Below are positions 49,418 to 58,001 of a DNA stretch of 64,000 nt, piece after piece. A program made the position numbers and the translations under genes. Source of the stretch: a virus; the IMG/VR virus record IMGVR_UViG_3300021368_000005, positions 9,614 through 73,613 of that record. One strand, 5' to 3'. The notes under the pieces were generated by a model. It was not told the DNA's origin and searched no databases. It worked only from the letters and a program-made list of their open reading frames with translations. Every line of letters begins with the position of its first letter. Within the stretch, counting starts at the first letter, position 1.

Positions 49418-49604
49418 ATACTAATAAATATAGGGAAAACTAATTACTTGGTAAGTTCGTGAAAAGCTTTATGAATGGAGTTGTGTGTATCTAGTGAAGA
49501 GTCATCTTCTCTAAATTTTTGTGCAAGTTCCCAGACCTCTGTTCTTATTCCGAGTGAATGGGATTTGTATAGGATTTCTTCTGTGATTTTTTCATTTGTC
49601 ATAA

Positions 49605-50063
49605 CTACATACCTGCAAAAGAATCATCGTAAAATTGTACATTAACTCCTGCCTCCTCTAACATTGACCAACTTCTTTCGTAGTTTTCTTCCCAATGTGA
49701 GCCTTTAGTAGTAACACCTCTTTCACAAAAAATTCTTGTTATACCTGAGTTTATAATTCCTCGTGCACAATCTGAACAAGGGATTCCACAACTGAGATAC
49801 ATTGTACAATCTTTGGTTGATACTCCAATTCTTGCTGCATTATAAATAGCATTTCTCTCAGCATGTTCAAACCAAAAATACTTTTCTGGCCTTTGTTGTC
49901 TTTCTTTTTCGTTATCCTTTAATCCTCTTGGAAATGAGTTGTAACCAGTAGATACAATTTCCTTATCCTTACCAACAATGATTGCACCGATTTGTGTGTT
50001 CTCATCTTTGGATTTAAGTTTGACTGTGTGAGCCAATGTTCTAAAATATTCTACCCATCTCAT
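49605..50063 (-). CDS. dCMP deaminase
   Basis: SKD..TQIGA, TGYN.FPRG, HAERNAI, PCSDC. Confidence 0.92.
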   Translation of the reverse strand: MRWVEYFRTLAHTVKLKSKDENTQIGAIIVGKDKEIVSTGYNSFPRGLKDNEKERQQRPEKYFWFEHAERNAIYNAARIGVSTKDCTMYLSCGIPCSDCARGIINSGITRIFCERGVTTKGSHWEENYERSWSMLEEAGVNVQFYDDSFAGM

Positions 50064-50590
50064 ATTATATAACTATCTATGTTTTTATTTTTTATTTTAT
50101 CTACTCTAAGTCTATTATTTGAATTTGTATCAAAAATATCTTCATAATAAGTTATGGGTATTGAGGTTTTTTCAGATAAGGAATTCAAATATTTATTAGA
50201 TTCAGTTATGTGATTTAATGCATGCTTAATATTTGGTAATGATTTATATTCATATTTATCATACCAGTTATTTGTCCAAAGAGCGCTTGCATATGATTCT
50301 GAGGCTTCTTTTGTATTTTTTCTTGATAATAAAATTACTTCATCAAATTCTTTTACAAAATCTATTGACCATTCTAGCCATCTATCATAATTAATTTTTT
50401 TAGAATAAGTGCCATCTTGTCCTACAAGTAATTTAACAACAACATTTTTTTTATCACTAGTATATAAGTTTTTTTCATATGCCCTATAACTAAATGGTTC
50501 GAATATATGTTCTAAATTTTTTTCAGAAGAAATGGATTTCATTAAAGAAGTAGAGCCAGACCTTGGTACTGATATTATTAATACTTTCAT
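50060..50590 (-). CDS. Sulfotransferase-like protein
   Basis: ISVPRSGSTSL, EPF, L.R.N...S, YEDI. Confidence 0.7.
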   Translation of the reverse strand: MKVLIISVPRSGSTSLMKSISSEKNLEHIFEPFSYRAYEKNLYTSDKKNVVVKLLVGQDGTYSKKINYDRWLEWSIDFVKEFDEVILLSRKNTKEASESYASALWTNNWYDKYEYKSLPNIKHALNHITESNKYLNSLSEKTSIPITYYEDIFDTNSNNRLRVDKIKNKNIDSYII

Positions 50591-50598
50591 ATATATAA

Positions 50599-50814
50599 CT
50601 ATATTAGTTTAACTATTTCAGCATCTTCTATTTCATTACAAAAGATAAATAAGTTTAATCTGTTAGATTTGAATACGATATCACACCCCAACCACTCCTT
50701 TACTGCCTGTGCATTTAGAACTCGTGTTATTGGATATCTAGCTACAATTTGATATGGGGTTTGGTTTATATATTCTATGGGACCACATTTATCAGGATAC
50801 CTACCAGTTCTCAT
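50599..50814 (-). CDS. Hypothetical protein
   Basis: 71-aa coupled ORF. Confidence 0.5.
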   Translation of the reverse strand: MRTGRYPDKCGPIEYINQTPYQIVARYPITRVLNAQAVKEWLGCDIVFKSNRLNLFIFCNEIEDAEIVKLI

Positions 50815-51377
50815 TACACAAATTTATTTTCACGAACCCATACAATTAATATCCACTTTTCACCTTTAGTAACAGGTAAACCAGCATGTTCTGATTCGGC
50901 TATCCCCATTCCATTTTCATAATTTAACCAACATATAGCTTTTCCTAATTCTGGTTTAACTACTTTTTTTAGTTGAGGAAACTCAGTTGCACCACCTTCA
51001 AAATCATCATTTAAGTAAACTAAAAAAGAATGTGTTCTATTTCCAGATTCACCGATTTCAACGTTCTCATCAACACTATCTTTAGAAAAAAAATCATGAT
51101 GAATTTTATACTCACCCCCCACATCATATTTTACGATATGAAGTTCTTCTTGATTTTCAATTGGGGTTTGTGTCAAATAAGATACTTGTTTTTTTATTTC
51201 ATCTAAATAAGGTGAATCTATATCACCCAACCAACAAGAGTTAGCAACTCTATATCCTTCTATTTCCTCACCAACAGTACCAGCCTCTTCTAACTTAGTT
51301 GATGCAAGTCCAATTAAGAAGTCACACCATTGTTTAGAAAAAAACTTAGGATACTGTACTAATATGTTAGATTCCAT
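50814..51377 (-). CDS. Prolyl 4-hydroxylase-like 2OG-Fe(II) oxygenase
   Basis: E.L.IVKY..GGEY..HHDF...NR...LVYLND..EGG.T.FP...P..G.A..W.N...HAGLPV..GEKW...W.R. Confidence 0.88.
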   Translation of the reverse strand: MESNILVQYPKFFSKQWCDFLIGLASTKLEEAGTVGEEIEGYRVANSCWLGDIDSPYLDEIKKQVSYLTQTPIENQEELHIVKYDVGGEYKIHHDFFSKDSVDENVEIGESGNRTHSFLVYLNDDFEGGATEFPQLKKVVKPELGKAICWLNYENGMGIAESEHAGLPVTKGEKWILIVWVRENKFV

Positions 51378-51393
51378 AATAATAAATTATTTA

Positions 51394-51479
<86 letters not shown>

Positions 51480-51521
51480 TACCTTTGAATTACCAAATAG
51501 TAAATTGTGTTTTAATATTAG

Positions 51522-51595
51522 AGCCTTTGGAGGGACTCGAACCCACGACCTGTTGATTACAAATCAACTGCTCTAGCCAGCTGAGCTACAAAGGC
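51522..51595 (-). tRNA. tRNA-Thr(TGT)
   Basis: GCCTTTG acceptor, GTTGA-TTTGTAA-TCAAC, GGTTCGAGTCC. Confidence 0.95.
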
Positions 51596-51601
51596 GTTTT
51601 G

Positions 51602-51940
51602 TTAGAAGTTTTGTCTTAGTGCCAAAAAATCATCTCTCATTTGTTGTACCTCTTTTAGTAGTTCTTCGTTTGTTGGAGGTATTCTTTCCATAATAGATTT
51701 TGTAAGTATATCTAATTTATTTATTGTATCTTTTTTTATATTGGTTTCAGTATCAACAATAAATTGATTTAACTCTAACAAATCATTATTAATTCTTAAA
51801 TGAGTTTGTTGGTCAGTTATAGATATTCTATTATTCGTTTCTATATGTAAATCTTCTACTCTTTTTTGTAGTTTATATATTCCTCTTGCTAACAAAATAC
51901 ATGAGGTAGATAAAAGTACTATTGCTATTGTTGTAATCAT
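51602..51940 (-). CDS. Membrane-anchored hypothetical protein
   Basis: N-terminal TM plus helical body, between tRNAs. Confidence 0.55.
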   Translation of the reverse strand: MITTIAIVLLSTSCILLARGIYKLQKRVEDLHIETNNRISITDQQTHLRINNDLLELNQFIVDTETNIKKDTINKLDILTKSIMERIPPTNEELLKEVQQMRDDFLALRQNF

Positions 51941-51954
51941 AATTTATAATTTAG

Positions 51955-52026
51955 TAGCCCCTAGGAGAATCGAACTCCTCTTTCCAGGATGAAAACCTGG
52001 CGTCCTAACCGATAGACGAAGGGGCC
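51955..52026 (-). tRNA. tRNA-Glu(TTC)
   Basis: GGCCCCT acceptor, CCAGG-TTTTCAT-CCTGG, GTTCGATTC. Confidence 0.93.
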
Positions 52027-52496
52027 AAAATTTTCTTCTCAACTGATTGAAAAGAAAACTTAAGTAGGTAACTGAAAAACAAATCACCTAATATAGAGTT
52101 TATAAAGAAGGGTAATGCCATTGTATAACAAAGTAAAAACCCTTCCAATGTTTTAGGGTAACCACCTAACCAAACTCCAAAGTTGGTGATTATGAAAAAT
52201 ATTAGAGATGATATTAGTACGTTGTGTACTTTTATTTTTTTCCAATATCTACCCAATAAACTTATTAATAAAAAAGAACCATAAACCCATAGTGTAATTC
52301 CATAGAATCCTAAATAGATATCTGATAGAACCATTGCTATAAGTGGTAGGGATATTCCCAACCATTTGTTCTTGAAATTTGTTGAACCAAATAAAGCCAA
52401 TGCTGTGATTGGTGTAAAGTTTGGTGGATGTGGTAATAATCTTACTAACACAGCCACAACAACAAATCCAATAAGTAATAGTTCTCTTTTATTCAT
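52005..52496 (-). CDS. Integral membrane protein, DUF6580/ECF S-component-like putative transporter
   Basis: RLLPHPPNFTPITALALFG...SD...FFIITNFGVW...CY.MALPFF.N. Confidence 0.7.
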   Translation of the reverse strand: MNKRELLLIGFVVVAVLVRLLPHPPNFTPITALALFGSTNFKNKWLGISLPLIAMVLSDIYLGFYGITLWVYGSFLLISLLGRYWKKIKVHNVLISSLIFFIITNFGVWLGGYPKTLEGFLLCYTMALPFFINSILGDLFFSYLLKFSFQSVEKKILAPSSIG

Positions 52497-52501
52497 ATAT
52501 T

Positions 52502-53380
52502 TTATAGATTCTCGTATTCAGTAATGAATTCGATGAACCAAGCAATTAACGTATATTCTTTAGCAGCGTTCCAAGCAGTTGTTAGTTCATCTACTAAAGT
52601 TCTAAAGTTAATCACATTTGTATCTGTTGATGTATCGTAAAAATTACTAACGGCTGTAGTCATTGATACAGTACCACTTTTGATTGCGTTATCGAATAAC
52701 CAATCAGATTCAGCACTAATCAATCCTTTCAACGTAGTTGCCGATACACTTGAAGAAGTTAAACCAATTGAGATTGAATCAATTGCTTTGTTAAGATTAA
52801 CATCTGTAATAGTTGCTGCAACCATAACATCTAATTTATCTCTCAATAGTTTGAAATTCTTATACGTTAAAATCTCATCTTCCAATACAGCAGCTTGTGC
52901 TTGTAACGTAGTAACTTGAGTTTGAAGAGAAGTTACACTTGTAGTAAGTGTAGTAACTTGTTCTGTCAATGTAGTGTTACTTGTTGTTAACGTAGTATTA
53001 GAAGTAGTTAACGTTGCTACTTGTGCATCTAAAACATCCTTTTCAGAAGTTAAAGTTGCAACTTGTGCATTCAAATCAGCTACGTTATCAGTTAATGTTT
53101 GAACTGTTGCATTTTCAGCGGTTAACGTAGTGTTTGATTCAGTAAGAGTACTTACAGAAGCTTCTAAACTAGCAACTTCAGTTGTTAGATTAGTAACTTG
53201 TGTTGTAAGGTCTGTTACTTGTGTTGTCAACGTATTGTTATCAAATTGTAACTCAGTAATCTGAGTGTTCAATTGATTCTTAATGTTGTCAACATCCTCT
53301 GGTGAAAGCCAATCGGACTTTTCACAACTTACAGTTATTCCAATAACTGAAAGCAAAAATAATAAAATTACTTTTTTCAT
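52502..53380 (-). CDS. Lipoprotein with long Thr-rich coiled coil
   Basis: MKK-hydrophobic-TVS-C lipobox; repeated heptads LTTQVTD/LTTQVTN/LTTSNTT. Confidence 0.7.
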   Translation of the reverse strand: MKKVILLFLLSVIGITVSCEKSDWLSPEDVDNIKNQLNTQITELQFDNNTLTTQVTDLTTQVTNLTTEVASLEASVSTLTESNTTLTAENATVQTLTDNVADLNAQVATLTSEKDVLDAQVATLTTSNTTLTTSNTTLTEQVTTLTTSVTSLQTQVTTLQAQAAVLEDEILTYKNFKLLRDKLDVMVAATITDVNLNKAIDSISIGLTSSSVSATTLKGLISAESDWLFDNAIKSGTVSMTTAVSNFYDTSTDTNVINFRTLVDELTTAWNAAKEYTLIAWFIEFITEYENL

Positions 53381-53405
53381 AATTACATTAATTTAGTTAA
53401 TGTAG

Positions 53406-53479
53406 TGGAGAATATCGGAGTCGAACCGATGACCTCTTCGGTGCAAGCGAAGCGCTCTAGCCATCTGAGCTAATTCCCC
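53406..53479 (-). tRNA. tRNA-Ala(TGC)
   Basis: GGGGAAT/ATTCTCC acceptor with G3:U70, CTTCG-CTTGCAC-CGAAG, GGTTCGACTCC. Confidence 0.95.
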
Positions 53480-53516
53480 TTCGAGTATATAAGTATATAT
53501 AACTTATATTCTTGAA

Positions 53517-53705
53517 TCAGGACCAATCATCATCATCATAGTTTTTCCAATTCTTTTTGGATTTACCTTTTCGAGAATAATCTTTTTTAGATTTATGAAC
53601 CCTTTCGGTAGTTTTTTTACCAATGTGGTGAGATGCCTCACCATAGGTCATATCATCCCAAGTCAATTTCTCTTGATACTGGTTTTTCTTCTTCTGTTTC
53701 TTCAT
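53517..53705 (-). CDS. Small basic protein, ArfA-like motif
   Basis: ERVHKSKKDYSRKGK segment. Confidence 0.45.
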   Translation of the reverse strand: MKKQKKKNQYQEKLTWDDMTYGEASHHIGKKTTERVHKSKKDYSRKGKSKKNWKNYDDDDWS

Positions 53706-53853
53706 CACTAATCAGTTCCATTTTGGTATTATTCCTATGTCTTAGATACTGTTGCTCAGTCCAAGTTGGAGTTCTATCGGTTATAAACTCTAATGAATAA
53801 ATCTTTTGAGATTGCTCTCCTTCTTCGGTAACTAAATATGTTAATTTTCTCAT
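53653..53853 (-). CDS. Hypothetical protein
   Basis: 66-aa coupled ORF. Confidence 0.5.
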   Translation of the reverse strand: MRKLTYLVTEEGEQSQKIYSLEFITDRTPTWTEQQYLRHRNNTKMELISDEETEEEKPVSREIDLG

Positions 53854-54344
53854 AAGTTTTCTTGGTATAAACTTTCTCTTAGAGTATCCAAATCTAACAA
53901 AATATCTGAATCCCCTACTGTGTGATTTAATTCTTCTATCTTATGTTCTTCTGAAGTATATCTGAATGCTCCACTTAAACCATCTTTATTAATATATGTT
54001 CCTGTCAGAAATGATTTTTTACTAACCTCTTTAATATTTTCAGCAAGCTTTAATAATAATTGATGAGGTACAGAGTTCTCTGTTGTTATTTCCAAAACTA
54101 TATTATCCAAATCATCAACATGATATGATGATGATATATTCCAAACTCCTGCTCCAAGTGTTTCATTCCATGATTGTTCATCTGTAATATCAACATCAAA
54201 TATATTCTTAACTAGTTCGTTTGCACCTAGAAAAGTTTCATCTTTAGATTTAGTAAATATTTTATCTAAATATTTAGATAACTTACTATTTCCACCATGG
54301 AATTTAAGTGATGTGTAAAATAAAACTGGTAATTGCTCTTCCAT
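53850..54344 (-). CDS. Hypothetical protein
   Basis: 164-aa ORF behind an early promoter. Confidence 0.55.
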   Translation of the reverse strand: MEEQLPVLFYTSLKFHGGNSKLSKYLDKIFTKSKDETFLGANELVKNIFDVDITDEQSWNETLGAGVWNISSSYHVDDLDNIVLEITTENSVPHQLLLKLAENIKEVSKKSFLTGTYINKDGLSGAFRYTSEEHKIEELNHTVGDSDILLDLDTLRESLYQENL

Positions 54345-54361
54345 TTGTTTGTAATGATTTA

Positions 54362-54393
54362 CAAATATACGAAAAAAATATTAGAAATACAAG
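54362..54393 (-). promoter_or_regulatory. Early promoter, canonical TAnnTTTG
   Basis: TTGT-N17-CGTATATTTG. Confidence 0.7.
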
Positions 54394-55682
54394 CAGTAAT
54401 CCATATATTTTTTATATTTGCTAATTTGATTAGTATCTGGTTTCCACTTTTCAATAGATTCATGGAAATCTCTAGTTATTATAACATCTAGCTTTTTAGA
54501 ATGCATTTGATAAGCTAGTTTGAAATTGTGGTCAATATTATCTTTATTTTCTTTTAGAAGTTGTTGTATTTCATCATCTGATAAATTTGATAATCTATCT
54601 ATCTCTTGACAAAACATATGTATCTTTCTTTTAAGATGAGGTTGATGTATGTATTCATAATTGATACCTGTCATTTCATATTTGAATCCTATATCATTTA
54701 TAAAGTCAAATGTTTTAGAATTCATGAGAACCATTGGTAGTTGTTTCCAAAACATCGGCTTAAATGTTTTCTCAGTAACAAATATAGAATCCTCTCGTAG
54801 TGATGATTCATTTGATATCCATAAATAAGAATCTCCATTTAGAGGTGTTTTCCTTGTATTAGGTATAACCTTAACTACACCCTCATTCAATGTATCTTCA
54901 CCAACACTCATATTGTTAAGATATCTGTACATAGATTCTCCATCTCTAACATTGAAATACTGTTCTAAATAAAACTGTGCTCTTTCTTTAATGAATTCTT
55001 TTGATTCAGTTTCTATTACCTCTTCTGTTTCATTTTCTCTATAAGGAGCAAATACATTCATTATATTTTCCCTATTGATAATATTTGTTTTAGATAATGA
55101 ATATGTAAGATAAGCTCTTTCAGGACAAATTCTTCTAAACAAAGAAGTTGAGAAATACTTTCTTTTAGTGTTGATTATAGTTTCTGCAGAATCTCCTTGG
55201 CCTGATTTATCAGGATACTCAGGTGCATAATGTGTCCACACTTCCCAATTAGAAAAAAATGGAAAAGGTTCGTGGTTGTTTTTTTCAGCAAGGTCTTTTA
55301 ACAAATCACCTACTATTAAATCATTAGATGAAATTCCTAAATACTTTATTCCATTGTTTACTTTTAGATTATAAAAGTCAGTATAAAAATCTCTTAACAA
55401 GGGAGCTTCTGAATAGAATGATATTATATATTTTAATGGAATATCATCATTTGGGAAATTAGGATTTTTATTTTTATAATGGTGAAGTATGGCTTCTATA
55501 AAATAATATTCATTTGATTCTAATCTAGGTCTTAATGATGATGTACCAATAAGTATTTTAATATCAAAGTAGTAAGGATGTCTATCAACTGTAACTCTTC
55601 CTTCTTTATGATAACCTCTTTCTTCAAATAATGAAATGGCCTTTCGCCATCCAATATATCTATCCTTGAACTCGTAATCCAT
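54381..55682 (-). CDS. Putative glycosyltransferase (GT10/fucosyltransferase-like C-terminal domain)
   Basis: ES....FVTEKTFKP.....P......GF...HN motif resembling the GT10 Y/F-x-TEK signature. Confidence 0.45.
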   Translation of the reverse strand: MDYEFKDRYIGWRKAISLFEERGYHKEGRVTVDRHPYYFDIKILIGTSSLRPRLESNEYYFIEAILHHYKNKNPNFPNDDIPLKYIISFYSEAPLLRDFYTDFYNLKVNNGIKYLGISSNDLIVGDLLKDLAEKNNHEPFPFFSNWEVWTHYAPEYPDKSGQGDSAETIINTKRKYFSTSLFRRICPERAYLTYSLSKTNIINRENIMNVFAPYRENETEEVIETESKEFIKERAQFYLEQYFNVRDGESMYRYLNNMSVGEDTLNEGVVKVIPNTRKTPLNGDSYLWISNESSLREDSIFVTEKTFKPMFWKQLPMVLMNSKTFDFINDIGFKYEMTGINYEYIHQPHLKRKIHMFCQEIDRLSNLSDDEIQQLLKENKDNIDHNFKLAYQMHSKKLDVIITRDFHESIEKWKPDTNQISKYKKYMDYCLYF

Positions 55683-56044
55683 TATATCATTGTTGTATCT
55701 TGCTTTCTAGATTCAAAATTTATATCATCATGATTCTCAATATCTAGAAGTATTGTATATATGTTGTTTGGGTCATCTCCTTCGAGTTTATTAACTTGAT
55801 AACCATTCTTAAATCCAACAAGAGTAGGTAACCCTTCCATTCCCCCAACGAAATCTCTACTCCAGTCTTGAGTATCAGGATTTGCATAATAGAATTGATA
55901 TTTTGGATTATCATTTGAAGCCTTTTCAAATTTTGGTTTAAGTTTTCTACAATAACCACAACTACCTTTTCCAAACATTACAATAACCTTTGAATTCTGT
56001 TGAACTATTTTTTCTAAATCATCAAGTACTATTTCTTTATACAT
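55682..56044 (-). CDS. Thioredoxin
   Basis: CGYC active site, P.F, GLPTL..FKNG; start reassigned to MYKEIV. Confidence 0.85.
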   Translation of the reverse strand: MYKEIVLDDLEKIVQQNSKVIVMFGKGSCGYCRKLKPKFEKASNDNPKYQFYYANPDTQDWSRDFVGGMEGLPTLVGFKNGYQVNKLEGDDPNNIYTILLDIENHDDINFESRKQDTTMI

Positions 56045-56582
56045 TTTCCTTTTCCCAATTAGCAGGACACATACCACCCTTTGTATCATTAAATATTTGA
56101 GCATCAATTAATCTTATGATATCATCAATTTTTCTACCAATGTACATATGATTAACTGATTGGTGAAATACTGTTCCATCTTCGTTTATAAGGTAAGTTG
56201 CTCTATATGTAACATTATCTTCATCATCACAGATATCTAGTAACTCAGCAAGTTCTCTTTTTGTATCTGATATCAATGGATATTCTACTCCTTTTATACC
56301 ACCATCATCTATATCAGTATTCAACCATGCAAAATGTACATCTGTTGTATCACATGATGCTCCATATACAAGTACGTTTCTTTTTTCTAGTTCATTAATT
56401 GATTCTTGTAATGCTATCAACTCGGTTGGACATATTGTTGTAAAATCTTTTGGATACCACAGTAGTAGTATTTTCTTTTCTTTATACTTGGCTACTTCTA
56501 CTAAACTTTCTTTAGATTCATCACCTAAATAATCAACCATCTTTACTTTGATGTTTGGAAATTTTTTACCTACTAAATTCAT
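56037..56582 (-). CDS. ahpC: 2-Cys peroxiredoxin (AhpC/TSA)
   Basis: YPKDFTTICPTE, S.D...H.AW, RATYLI, GR, MCPANW. Confidence 0.93.
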   Translation of the reverse strand: MNLVGKKFPNIKVKMVDYLGDESKESLVEVAKYKEKKILLLWYPKDFTTICPTELIALQESINELEKRNVLVYGASCDTTDVHFAWLNTDIDDGGIKGVEYPLISDTKRELAELLDICDDEDNVTYRATYLINEDGTVFHQSVNHMYIGRKIDDIIRLIDAQIFNDTKGGMCPANWEKENV

Positions 56583-56611
56583 ATTATTAAATATATTGTT
56601 TTTTATTTTTT

Positions 56612-57223
56612 TTAATCAACCCAACTCATCAATCTTGTTTCTTCTACATCATGTAGAACAATTGTTTTATCTGTAATTTTACTATCGTAGAAATATTCAT
56701 ATCCAAACAAAGCTACATCGGTATCACAATTTTTAATTATTTCATCGGAAAATAAACCACATCCATTTGCCCAATATTTATCTTTGTATGTATCTAAACA
56801 AAGATTCACAATTCGTGAGTTGGGTGTAGAGCCATATACAGTACAATCTATTAGTGTTCTATATTTTGTTGTTGGTTTCATTCCTGAAAAGAATGTATGT
56901 TGTTCGTTTAGTTTCTTTAGTATTAAATTAAATGATTGAATCGGATTACAATCTATATCAACATAGATACCTCCATAATCTCGTAACAATAATAATTTAA
57001 TTCTATCTGTAATATATGCCCATTTATATAGTGCAGGAGCCTTTATATATTCTTGTAAAAAAACATCATCTTTATATAATTCAAATATTTCATTTCCCCA
57101 TAACTTATACTCATAATCGGAGTTTACATCTTGTATTTTATTTGTAAACTCTTTGCAGTGTTCGGGTATATCTTCTTCACCAATCCATATTTGATGAATT
57201 TTTTTTGGTATTTTTGAATTCAT
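56612..57223 (-). CDS. Glycosyltransferase family 32 (DXD)
   Basis: IPKKIHQIWIG, D.I.L.LL..YGGIYVDID. Confidence 0.88.
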   Translation of the reverse strand: MNSKIPKKIHQIWIGEEDIPEHCKEFTNKIQDVNSDYEYKLWGNEIFELYKDDVFLQEYIKAPALYKWAYITDRIKLLLLRDYGGIYVDIDCNPIQSFNLILKKLNEQHTFFSGMKPTTKYRTLIDCTVYGSTPNSRIVNLCLDTYKDKYWANGCGLFSDEIIKNCDTDVALFGYEYFYDSKITDKTIVLHDVEETRLMSWVD

Positions 57224-57408
57224 ATTGCAAGGTGAGGTAATTTCTCATGTAATCTTTTCATATGTTTACAAGGAGTATATCTTCTAAATCCTCTTGCTGG
57301 ACATTCACAATCATCTATAACATAATCAGTAACTCTTACTTGGTAGTACTTAAGATTACCTTTCTTATCTCTACTACCCATTTCTCTATAATACCAACTA
57401 TTTGTCAT
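57220..57408 (-). CDS. SWIM zinc-finger protein
   Basis: Y.V...CECP..F....CKH. Confidence 0.7.
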   Translation of the reverse strand: MTNSWYYREMGSRDKKGNLKYYQVRVTDYVIDDCECPARGFRRYTPCKHMKRLHEKLPHLAI

Positions 57409-57724
57409 AACCTACAAAATCATATAGAACTGGCTCAACCAATCCTTGTTTAACTGCATATGGATATTCTTCATTCAACCAATAGTTCTGAACAGTTTCA
57501 ACTTCATGGTGAACATCTTGATAAAGGTCATCGATACTATATCCACCACCATATTTGATACCACCACAAAGAACCATCAGTTCATTGAGTTTATCGAAAT
57601 CGTTTTGGTATTTAACAATTGATTTGATTATGTTTTCTTTCATCAAATCTGCTACCTTGTCATTGTAATCATACATTTCTTTTGACCAAGGTTTTGTTAC
57701 TTTAGGTTTTATTAGTACATTCAT
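57398..57724 (-). CDS. Early hypothetical protein
   Basis: Directly behind a promoter repeat. Confidence 0.55.
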   Translation of the reverse strand: MNVLIKPKVTKPWSKEMYDYNDKVADLMKENIIKSIVKYQNDFDKLNELMVLCGGIKYGGGYSIDDLYQDVHHEVETVQNYWLNEEYPYAVKQGLVEPVLYDFVGYDK

Positions 57725-57732
57725 ATCTTAAT

Positions 57733-57784
57733 TATTTACATAGTAAATATACGAAAAAAAGCCGAGACTGCCAAATATTTTAAC
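57733..57784 (-). repeat. Early promoter repeat (GCCGAGACTG type)
   Basis: TATTTAC-ATA-GTAAATA-TACG-A7-GCCGAGACTGCCAAATATTTTAAC. Confidence 0.8.
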
Positions 57785-58001
57785 TAATAATTATACACCC
57801 TTGATTGTAGGATGGTATCATATATTTGAAGTCATGTTTATCCAAAACATCTTCTATGATTCTATCTTGGAGTGGCTTTGAGTTACCTGTAATAATTGTA
57901 CATTGGAAAAAGGGGTCTATCGATTTTCTAAGAACGAAATCTTCTGTTATCAATACCGCCTCATCATGAGTCATTCCATGTAAATCTATCTCATTCATCA
58001 T
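57780..58001 (-). CDS. Stand-alone Smr-domain protein
   Basis: IDLHGMT..EA, IITGNS, N.G. Confidence 0.75.
   Translation of the reverse strand: MMNEIDLHGMTHDEAVLITEDFVLRKSIDPFFQCTIITGNSKPLQDRIIEDVLDKHDFKYMIPSYNQGCIIIS

Noticed and set aside
52497-52501. Cobalamin riboswitch ahead of the DUF6580-like gene
   Set aside because: Only 5 bp of intergenic space.
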